This document shows positions 8,476 to 16,179 of a DNA stretch of 64,000 nt, piece by piece. This DNA comes from Sphaerochaetaceae bacterium (GTDB taxonomy: Bacteria > Spirochaetota > Spirochaetia > Sphaerochaetales > Sphaerochaetaceae). Positions within the stretch are counted from its first letter, which is position 1; the number at the start of each line of letters is the position of its first letter. Both the position numbers and the translations under genes were made by a program. Location: assembly GCA_050950025.1 (NCBI GenBank), contig JBMNGW010000009.1, positions 10,145-74,144 on the forward strand. The letters run 5' to 3'. A model generated the notes under the pieces. The model saw nothing but the letters and a program-made list of their open reading frames with translations. It searched no databases and had not been told where the DNA came from.

Positions 8476-9731
8476 AAGCGCGCTTAGCAGTCATTGAATT
8501 TCCCGGAACAAATGATATCACCACAGTGGTAAAAGCAGCAAAAAAAGCCAATATTGAGGCAGTTGTGTACCGTTGGAATGAAAAAGAGCTCGATTTTTCC
8601 TCCTTTGATGCCTATGTGCTCGCCGGTGGATTTTCATTTCAAGATCGCAGCCGAGGGGGCATCATTGCCGCTTTGGATCCGCTGATGGAAAAGCTCAAAT
8701 CTGAAGATGCTAAAGGCAAGCCCATTTTGGGAATCAACAATGGAGCCCAGATTCTCCTTGAAGCAGGCCTTGTTCCCGGCTTTGATCGCTATGAAGTAGC
8801 CGGCTCTTGCGCCCCTAATTTGCAACTGGTAGACAATACTGTACTCGATGCTAGTTTCTACCATGCCACCGTCTTTGTTAAACCGCTGAACAGCTCCCTG
8901 TTTTTTGAAAATACCGTTATCGAAGGGTATATCGGCACAACCGAAGGACGCTTTGTTTTTGAACCCGAAGTGCTGAAAATGCTCTATGAAAATAAAGTGG
9001 CTATGCTGCAGTACTGCGACTTTGAAGGTACTGTCGCTCAAGAATTTCCCACCAATCCCACTGGATCGATGGACAACCTGGCAGCAATAGGCAACCACAA
9101 AGGCAATGTGTTGGCCTCCATGGTCCAACCAAAACCCCCTGCCCTTTCTCAAATGCTACTGGCCATGGTAACAAACAAGAAGCTAAAGAGCTCCTTTGTA
9201 CCGTTTACGCTGCCTTCCAGAGCACCGAGTAAGAGTATTCGCCAAGCAACCCAAAAAGATGCCGAGCTTATCGTAGGAACAGCCATCACTGACGACACCT
9301 CTTTGAGTGTTGAAAAACGGCTGCACTTAATGGGCATTGCTGTTCGGATACAGCGCTTTATCCACTGGGAAATTGGCAAACAAGAAAACGCCTCTGCCAA
9401 ACAATGGGAAGCTGATGTAGCTACAGCCAAAAAGAGCTTTGAGCTGTATAACCACAACAAAGAGTATCTGCTTCAAACACTTCCCTCCAGCGATCTGGCC
9501 TTTTTAACCCGCTGCTCTGCTACTGAAGATGCATTAGGAAGGAAAACGGCCCAAGTGCTTCAAAAGCACTATGGTATTACGACATTTGCCTCTCTTAGGC
9601 ACAGCGTGTTGTGGCTTTTAACAGTCGATGAAAACGCCACTTTCGATAAAGAGGAAGTGATTGAAAAAGCTCTTGCTACCAATATCTTCAATAACCCAAT
9701 CAGTCACTGGAGAGAACATTATGAGCATTGA
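8472..9731 (+). CDS. purQ: PurQ-like (class I glutamine amidotransferase fold, triad degenerate) fused to two PurS-like repeats
   Basis: The family-typical start MKARLAVIEFPGTND is at ATG 8472 (4-nt overlap with the purM stop); the ORF-track start at 8415 is rejected. The N-terminal ~235 aa align to PurQ but read GINNGAQ instead of GxCNGFQ. The C-terminal ~155 aa (from about 9255) contain two PurS-like units ending NPISHWREHY. Confidence 0.8.
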   Translation: MKARLAVIEFPGTNDITTVVKAAKKANIEAVVYRWNEKELDFSSFDAYVLAGGFSFQDRSRGGIIAALDPLMEKLKSEDAKGKPILGINNGAQILLEAGLVPGFDRYEVAGSCAPNLQLVDNTVLDASFYHATVFVKPLNSSLFFENTVIEGYIGTTEGRFVFEPEVLKMLYENKVAMLQYCDFEGTVAQEFPTNPTGSMDNLAAIGNHKGNVLASMVQPKPPALSQMLLAMVTNKKLKSSFVPFTLPSRAPSKSIRQATQKDAELIVGTAITDDTSLSVEKRLHLMGIAVRIQRFIHWEIGKQENASAKQWEADVATAKKSFELYNHNKEYLLQTLPSSDLAFLTRCSATEDALGRKTAQVLQKHYGITTFASLRHSVLWLLTVDENATFDKEEVIEKALATNIFNNPISHWREHYEH

Positions 9732-10704
9732 CAGAGATTCCTACCGCTCAATTATTCGCAACCATCTTCATCAGGGAGTCAGCCATACCGATTTTGCTTT
9801 ACCGGAGCATTACAGCGGTAAAGTACGCGAGCGCTACCGCCTTGATGAGCAGCGGTTGCTCATTATTACCACCGACCGCCAAAGTGCTTTTGACCGTATT
9901 TTGGCTACTATTCCCTTTAAAGGAGCGGTGTTAAACCTCGTTTCTGCTTGGTGGTTTGAGCACACTTCCCCCATTATTGCCAACCACCTACTGCAAATTC
10001 CCCACCCCCAAATAGCGGTGGTCAAAGAGTGTTCTGTCTTTCCAATTGAATTTGTGGTTCGGGGGTATATTACCGGCACTACCAACACCTCACTGTGGAC
10101 AGTTTATAACAGCGGCCAAAAAGAGTACTGTGGCCATGTGTTACCCGAAGGGTTGGTGAAAAACCAGAGACTTGCTAAACCCCTGCTCACTCCCACCACT
10201 AAAGAAAAGACGCACGATCGTCCCATTTCACCTGCTGAGATTGTACAAGAGGGGTGGATGAGCCAAGCCGATTGGGACGAAGCAGCAGCTAAAGCGCTGG
10301 AACTGTTTGCCTACGGTCAAAAAACAGCTTTGGAACATGGGTTAATCTTAGTCGACACAAAGTATGAATTTGGCAAGGATAAAGAGGGAAATATTATCCT
10401 GATTGATGAAATTCATACTCCCGACTCCTCCCGCTATTGGCTGGCCGACAGCTATGAAAGCCGCTTTGCATCCCAACGGGAACCTGAGTCGATCGACAAA
10501 GAGTTCCTCCGTCTTTGGTTTGCCCAAAACAGCGATCCTTACCATGATAAAGAGTTGCCTGTGGCTCCTGAAGAGTTGGTAGTTGAACTGTCGCTGCGGT
10601 ACATCATTTTGTATGAGATGATAACCGGCAAACCATTTCCTTTCCCCAGCGGCAGCTCAATTGAGCAGGCCGTATCAGATATTATAAAGGAGGCATCAAA
10701 GTGA
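9721..10704 (+). CDS. purC: phosphoribosylaminoimidazole-succinocarboxamide synthase (long form)
   Basis: ATG 9721 (MSIDRDSYRS...) is chosen over the 9661 track start. SAICAR synthetase motifs YSGKVRERY, TDRQSAFD and LVDTKYEFG are present. Confidence 0.9.
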   Translation: MSIDRDSYRSIIRNHLHQGVSHTDFALPEHYSGKVRERYRLDEQRLLIITTDRQSAFDRILATIPFKGAVLNLVSAWWFEHTSPIIANHLLQIPHPQIAVVKECSVFPIEFVVRGYITGTTNTSLWTVYNSGQKEYCGHVLPEGLVKNQRLAKPLLTPTTKEKTHDRPISPAEIVQEGWMSQADWDEAAAKALELFAYGQKTALEHGLILVDTKYEFGKDKEGNIILIDEIHTPDSSRYWLADSYESRFASQREPESIDKEFLRLWFAQNSDPYHDKELPVAPEELVVELSLRYIILYEMITGKPFPFPSGSSIEQAVSDIIKEASK

Positions 10705-11099
10705 ACAGTGAAGTCATTATAATTATGGGTTCTGAAGCAGATCGTCCTTTTGTCGCTTCTATCACTGCCGAACTAACACTCCTGGGCATCTCATATAAAG
10801 AGTATGTCGCTTCGGCTCATAAACAGCCGCTAAAGGTGTTGCAGATTCTTCAGGAACACGAAAAACAGTCTCGGCTTGTTTACATAACGGTTGCCGGTCG
10901 TTCCAACGCTCTTTCGGGCTTTGTGGCAGCCAATTCAATTGCTCCGGTTCTGGCCGTCCCCCCGTTTGCCGATAAGCTCGATATGCTGGTTAATATCCAT
11001 TCAACACTGCAAATGCCTTCCAATGTACCGGTAATGACAGTCCTTGATCCGCGCAATGCTGCTTTGGCTGTCCAAAGAATTTTGGGAGTTGCCCAATGA
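10701..11099 (+). CDS. purE: AIR carboxylase, class II PurE-like
   Basis: GTG start with AAGGAGG RBS at 10687-10693. IIIMGSEAD N-terminus. Contains SAHK (class II signature) rather than the class I SAHR. No purK in the operon. Confidence 0.85.
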   Translation: MNSEVIIIMGSEADRPFVASITAELTLLGISYKEYVASAHKQPLKVLQILQEHEKQSRLVYITVAGRSNALSGFVAANSIAPVLAVPPFADKLDMLVNIHSTLQMPSNVPVMTVLDPRNAALAVQRILGVAQ

Positions 11100-12520
11100 G
11101 CGGAATTGTTGGCATCATTGGTTCTTCTGAGGTTGCCACTCAGCTCTACGACAGTCTTATCCAATTGCAACACCGCGGCCAAGATGCAGCTGGTATCACC
11201 ACCTGCGATCAGCGGTTCCACTTTAAAACCGGTTTGGGGTTTGTCCGCGATATCTTTTTAGAACGGCACATCAAGCGGCTTAGCGGAACGATGGGAATAG
11301 GCCATACCCGCTACTCCACCAACGGAGATGCAAAAAATAGTGACTCTATTCAACCTTTTTGGAACAGCGCCCCTTTTGGCATCTCATTTGCTCACAGCGG
11401 GGCTATTGTCAATGTCAAAACCCTTACTGAGATGGTCATTAACCAACGGCGCCGTTACTTAAACACCTCTACTTGTAGCGAAGTATTAATGCAATTATTT
11501 TCCTCTTCGCTTGAAACAGGGCTTATTACGGATGCCAAGCGCCCCTTTTTTGATATCGTAACAGAATCGGTTGCTGAATTGATGCAATTGGCCCAAGGTT
11601 CTTACTCTGTTATCTCCATCATCAAAGACAAAGGGCTGGTAGCCTTCCGTGATCCTCATGGTATTACCCCTTTGGTGTTAGGAGAGCGCCAAGGTCCGGA
11701 TGGGACAAGCGAATATATTGTCTCTAGTGAAAACACGATGTTTTACATGCTTGGCTATACCCTGCTGCGCGATATTCACCCCTCCGAAGTCGTCTTTATT
11801 GAACCCGATGGCACACTGCATTCGACCATCATAGGCAAAAAAGAATTTAATCCCTGCATTTTTGAATATGTGTATTACTCGCGCCCCGATGCGATGGAGA
11901 ATTCTATCAGTGTTTATCGCAGCCGCCTGCGAATGGGAGAGAACCTAGGCAAAAGATGGAAACAACAGTACGGCGATTTACGCCCTGATGTTATCATTCC
12001 TGCCCCGGCTACGGCCAACACTATGGCCTTGGCAATGGCAAAAGAGTTACAGACCAACTACTCAGACGGATTGTACAAAAATCCTTTTATCGGGCGCACT
12101 TTTCTAATGCCCGATCAACAACAGCGCAGTCAATCGGTACGCTACAAACTAGTTCCTCAGCAACTGGAAATTCGCAACAAAACGGTCATGATAGTCGATG
12201 ATAGCATTGTACGGGGAACCACCAGTCGTGAAATTGTCAGTATGGTTCGCAACTTTGGTGCTAAAGGGGTCTATTTTGTCAGTGCTTGCCCTCCGGTGAT
12301 ACAACCTTGTTTCTACGGAATCGACATCCCTTCAAAAGAAACTCTTATTGCAGCCAATAACACCGTTGAACAGATACGCAACTACCTTCAAGCCGACATC
12401 CTCTTTTTCCAAGACTTAGAGGATTTAATAGAAGCAGTTACCCGCAAAGGGGAACACAACATCGACATGCCCTGCCATGCTTGTTTGGGCGGTCCCTACT
12501 GTCAAGGAGGGCCGAAGTGA
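11096..12520 (+). CDS. purF: amidophosphoribosyltransferase, Fe-S type, with a non-canonical Ntn glutaminase site
   Basis: 474-aa ORF collinear with PurF (GHTRYST, PRTase loop MIVDDSIVRGTT, C-terminal CHAC Fe-S ligands). The N-terminus is MSGIVG rather than MCGIVG. Confidence 0.88.
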   Translation: MSGIVGIIGSSEVATQLYDSLIQLQHRGQDAAGITTCDQRFHFKTGLGFVRDIFLERHIKRLSGTMGIGHTRYSTNGDAKNSDSIQPFWNSAPFGISFAHSGAIVNVKTLTEMVINQRRRYLNTSTCSEVLMQLFSSSLETGLITDAKRPFFDIVTESVAELMQLAQGSYSVISIIKDKGLVAFRDPHGITPLVLGERQGPDGTSEYIVSSENTMFYMLGYTLLRDIHPSEVVFIEPDGTLHSTIIGKKEFNPCIFEYVYYSRPDAMENSISVYRSRLRMGENLGKRWKQQYGDLRPDVIIPAPATANTMALAMAKELQTNYSDGLYKNPFIGRTFLMPDQQQRSQSVRYKLVPQQLEIRNKTVMIVDDSIVRGTTSREIVSMVRNFGAKGVYFVSACPPVIQPCFYGIDIPSKETLIAANNTVEQIRNYLQADILFFQDLEDLIEAVTRKGEHNIDMPCHACLGGPYCQGGPK

Positions 12521-14439
12521 AACATCTGCTAGTACTTGGCAGCGGAGCCAGAGAACACGCTATTATTACTCAATTGGCCTATTCAAATACGCTGAGAGCT
12601 GAGCATACAGCCCTGCATGGACTGGGAACCACTAACAACCCCGGCATCAGTGCCATCTGCCAAGATTCGGGGGGAACTTATGCTATTGGTCCCATTACCG
12701 ACAGCTCTTTTGTAGTTAAGCATTGTCTGAAACTCAACATCTATTTGCTGATTATTGGCCCGGAGGCCCCTTTGGAAGCAGGAGTAGCCGATGCGGCTAG
12801 GAAAGCTGGCATATTGGTTATGGGACCGGGGAAAGCTGGGGCACGCTTAGAAAGTAGTAAATCTTTTACCCGGGAGTTTCTTAATACCCATCTTCCTTTC
12901 TCTTCGCCCACCTATTACACCATCAGAACGATGGAGCAAGCCAAAGAGGCTCTTAGGTCATTAGCCGAATCGTATGTGGTAAAAGCTGATGGCTTAGCAG
13001 GGGGTAAAGGGGTACTGATTTGGGGAGAGCACTTATTTAGTGATCAAGAAGCATTGGCCCAATGTGCAACTTTTTTGAGCAAAAACGGGCAGTGCGTCAT
13101 TGAACAAAAACTTACCGGCCAAGAATTCTCCCTTTTAACGCTTACCGATGGTACCACCGCTGTCCATTTACCTGCTTTACAGGACCATAAACGGGCCTTT
13201 GACAATGATGAAGGGCCCAATACGGGGGGAATGGGCAGTTACACCGACAAAGACGGTACGCTCCCTTTTCTTACTGCGTATGAGGAGCAAGTGGCTAAAG
13301 CCTATAACGAAGCCGTTATTAAAGCGATGGACTTTCCTTTTAACGGGGTTCTGTACGGAGGGTACATGGCAACAGCCGAAGGGGTGAAAATTATCGAATT
13401 CAACACCCGCTTTGGCGATCCCGAGGCTTTGAATTTGATGCCGCTTCTTAAAAGTGACGGCATTGAACTTTTCGAAAGGGTAGCTAACGGCACCCTTGCC
13501 GATTATCACCTGCAGATGGACAGTCGCCCCTCATTAGCTTTATACATCGTCCCCCAAGCTTACCCCACTTCTTCTACTGTGGGCGATGAGCTAAGCTTGG
13601 CTCCAAATGAGAAAGAGGTGAGCCTTTACTACGGCTCAGTTGATGAAAAAGAGGGCAAACTCTTTAGTGCCGGCTCGCGCAGTGTGGCGTATGTTGCAAT
13701 TGCCGACACTTTGCAACAGTGTCGCCTCTTGTTGGAAAAACCCCTTTCTCAAGTCAAAGGGAATTTTCGCTGGCGCACCGATATTGGTTCAAAAGAGGTG
13801 TTGCGTCAAAAAATAGAGCATATGCACGTATTACGAAAACCGCTGAGAATAGCTGTTTTAGGTTCTACCAACGGCACTGACATGGACTATATTGTCCAAG
13901 AGATTGCCAAAGGGACAGTCCCTGCAGAAATTGCCGTGGTGATTTCCAATGTGTGTGAGGCTGGTATTTTACAAAAAGCCAAAGCGTATGGGATTGCCCA
14001 CTTTTGCGTCGACCAAAAAGGGAAAGAGCGCGATGCTATAATCTCGGCTCTGTGCAAAGAGCATGCTGTCGATTCAATCCTTTTAATTGGGTATATGCGT
14101 ATTTTAAGTCCCCAATTTTGCCACGACTGGGAAGGTAGAATTATTAATGTTCATCCCTCCTTGCTTCCCGATTTTGCTCAAACAATGGACCAAGACACCC
14201 ATGCTCTGGCACTGAAGCGATATCGGCAAACGGGTAACGATCGCACAGGTTGCACAGTCCATATTGTGACTAGTGAATTGGATAGCGGTCCGATTTTAGT
14301 GCAAAAAGCGCTACGCATTGCTTCTGACGATACTCCTCAATCGCTGAAAAAACGGGTCCAAGTGCTGGAAGGAGAGGCTTTGAGTGAAGCGTTGAAGCGT
14401 GTATATCCTGTTGGCGGTAATTTTAACAAACTGCTTTAA
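12517..14439 (+). CDS. purD: fusion protein: phosphoribosylamine-glycine ligase (PurD) plus phosphoribosylglycinamide formyltransferase (PurN)
   Basis: GTG 12517 overlaps the purF stop (GTGA), with AGGAGG at 12506-12511. The N-terminus VKHLLVLGSGAREHAI and an ATP-grasp core mark PurD. From about 13840, LRIAVLGSTNGTD...INVHPSLLP...TGCTVHIVTSELDSGPIL marks PurN. Confidence 0.88.
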   Translation: MKHLLVLGSGAREHAIITQLAYSNTLRAEHTALHGLGTTNNPGISAICQDSGGTYAIGPITDSSFVVKHCLKLNIYLLIIGPEAPLEAGVADAARKAGILVMGPGKAGARLESSKSFTREFLNTHLPFSSPTYYTIRTMEQAKEALRSLAESYVVKADGLAGGKGVLIWGEHLFSDQEALAQCATFLSKNGQCVIEQKLTGQEFSLLTLTDGTTAVHLPALQDHKRAFDNDEGPNTGGMGSYTDKDGTLPFLTAYEEQVAKAYNEAVIKAMDFPFNGVLYGGYMATAEGVKIIEFNTRFGDPEALNLMPLLKSDGIELFERVANGTLADYHLQMDSRPSLALYIVPQAYPTSSTVGDELSLAPNEKEVSLYYGSVDEKEGKLFSAGSRSVAYVAIADTLQQCRLLLEKPLSQVKGNFRWRTDIGSKEVLRQKIEHMHVLRKPLRIAVLGSTNGTDMDYIVQEIAKGTVPAEIAVVISNVCEAGILQKAKAYGIAHFCVDQKGKERDAIISALCKEHAVDSILLIGYMRILSPQFCHDWEGRIINVHPSLLPDFAQTMDQDTHALALKRYRQTGNDRTGCTVHIVTSELDSGPILVQKALRIASDDTPQSLKKRVQVLEGEALSEALKRVYPVGGNFNKLL

Positions 14440-14448
14440 TCAAAGAGC

Positions 14449-14473
14449 AGGACCTCCCGCTAGTGGAGGTCCT
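14449..14473 (+). terminator. GC-rich hairpin after the pur operon (terminator-like, no clear U-tract)
   Basis: aggacctcc (14449-14457) pairs with ggaggtcct (14465-14473) around a 7-nt loop, starting 10 nt after the purD-purN stop. Confidence 0.45.
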
Positions 14474-14853
14474 TGCATTATGATGAAGCGCCTAGCAGAT
14501 CAGCGTGGGTGTAGATGTCTAGACGCCCCTCTTTTATGTATAGGGCTGATTAAAACATGCAACGGCTTATGTGTCAAGATGCAAGGTAGTTTTTTGTTAA
14601 ACTTCTTCTAAACTATGGCTTTCTTAAAACAAATTTTTACTTCTTACTCCTGCTTCCTTCCCATAAATTCTTCAGGTATGACACAAGAAAACATGGGGTA
14701 TGCAGATAGTTATTCTATGAAGAGTTCAGCATTTATCTTTAGGCAAACGATATTGGATTGTGTCCATTTTGTGCAGCGATGACATAACTTAGGGAATGCA
14801 ACAAGTGCTAATTTAGAATAAAGCCTGAGGTTAAAACTCAGGCTTTTAGGGAT

Positions 14854-14936
14854 TACCGGCAATCGGACTTGAACCGATACGTCCTTGCGGACAATAGATT
14901 TTGAGTCTATCGTGTCTACCATTCCACCACGCCGGC
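14854..14936 (-). tRNA. tRNA-Leu (anticodon CAA), class II with long variable arm
   Basis: Hand fold: acceptor GCCGGCG/TGCCGGT, anticodon stem ATAGA/TCTAT with loop CTCAAAA, long variable arm, T-arm ATCGG-TTCAAGT-CCGAT. No encoded CCA. A hairpin at 14821-14845 follows on the minus strand. Confidence 0.85.
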
Positions 14937-14989
14937 GCTGCAAAAGAGCTTACACCATCATTATAAAAATGACAATACGGGTTTCCCAA

Positions 14990-16174
14990 TTATTGCAGAT
15001 ACCGTTCAATATTAGCTTTATGCTCTTCATAGGTTTTGGCAGGATGAATTTCCTGTTGTCTGTCATGAATATAATAAAACCACTGATGCTCAGCTGGTTT
15101 CATAGCGGCATCTAAGGCTGCTAAGCTGGGAGATCCGATTCCCGCCGGCGGTAAGCCTAGATGAGTATGGGTATTAAAAGGGGAATCGCTTGCCGATTCA
15201 TCCTTTGTTAAAGGGCGGTCCCACACTCCCAAACCATAGCGCAAAGTGGCATCAATGCCCAAACTCATCTGGACTGCAAGACGATTGTAGATGACGCCCG
15301 CTATTAATGGCATTTGAGAGACCTTATTGGTCTCCCGTTGAATCATGGAGGCGATGATGACAATCTGTGCTAAAGGAAGACGCAGTTGATCAGAGGCTGC
15401 CAAATAGGAGTGCAGCGCCTCATTAAGAGCATCCTGCATCTGAAGTGCCAAATCGTAGGCACTGCCATGCCATTCGTATGTGCCGCTGATAAACCACCCT
15501 TCGACAAAGCCCAACCTCCGCTCTTTGGCTATAAGGGAAGCAGCCTGACTGAACTCCGTCGGTTTTATCAGTTTTCTGGCTACCAAAAGGGCATCAATGT
15601 CTTCAATGGTGAACCCAGGATATATCAAAAGCGTATTGTCAGTTGGTTTGACCAACAAAGAGGCGATATAAGCAAAAGGGGTTTGAGCTGCAAAGCTGTA
15701 GGTACCGGGTTGTAATCGGGTGGTAATTTCCAACTCTTCAAAATATGAGAGCAGTTGTTCGTGGTTTTCAATTACTCCACTTTCTTCCAACAATAGGGCT
15801 ATTTGACGGGCGCTCATGCCGCTGGTGATTTCCACATCGATTGACTGTAACGTCTTGGGAGTCAATAAAGCGGGTTTGCCGGTACTTTGGAAAATGACGA
15901 CAGCGAGGACTAAGGAGACAAATATGATGAAGCTGGCTAAAAAGGGACCGAAAGAGATATCAAATTGGACATTTTTATTTGATTTAGCTTTTGGGGGCGG
16001 CTTTTTAGGGGGAGCTTTCTTGGCAACAGGCACTTGTTTTGGGCTTTTGGCCACAACAGTCGTCTTCTTTTGACTTTTTTTGCGCTCTTCAACAATCGTT
16101 TTTGCATCATTGCGGCTAGGAACGCTACTGTCGAAGCCTAACTCTTTTTGCTCTGGTTTCTTTTGCTGCGCCAT
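14990..16174 (-). CDS. mltG: endolytic murein transglycosylase MltG (YceG family) with basic Lys/Pro-rich N-terminal tail
   Basis: 394-aa ORF with one TM segment followed by a YceG-like domain (ASMIQRET, IDATLRYG, FNTHTHLGLPPAGIGSP). Confidence 0.85.
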   Translation of the reverse strand: MAQQKKPEQKELGFDSSVPSRNDAKTIVEERKKSQKKTTVVAKSPKQVPVAKKAPPKKPPPKAKSNKNVQFDISFGPFLASFIIFVSLVLAVVIFQSTGKPALLTPKTLQSIDVEITSGMSARQIALLLEESGVIENHEQLLSYFEELEITTRLQPGTYSFAAQTPFAYIASLLVKPTDNTLLIYPGFTIEDIDALLVARKLIKPTEFSQAASLIAKERRLGFVEGWFISGTYEWHGSAYDLALQMQDALNEALHSYLAASDQLRLPLAQIVIIASMIQRETNKVSQMPLIAGVIYNRLAVQMSLGIDATLRYGLGVWDRPLTKDESASDSPFNTHTHLGLPPAGIGSPSLAALDAAMKPAEHQWFYYIHDRQQEIHPAKTYEEHKANIERYLQ

Positions 16175-16179
16175 AAGCT

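Noticed and set aside
14474-14853. A 380-bp gap between the pur operon and tRNA-Leu, considered as a possible ncRNA or small gene (70-aa ORF 14399-14611).
   Set aside because: The ORF overlaps the purD-purN 3' end and the terminator hairpin and lacks an RBS. I could see no conserved RNA motif or convincing structure.
14710-14943. 77-aa ORF overlapping tRNA-Leu, and ORFs 54935-55192 and 55071-55277 overlapping the hipB operators and tRNA-Phe.
   Set aside because: They overlap well-folded tRNA genes or regulatory repeats and include tRNA sequence read as protein, so they are spurious.
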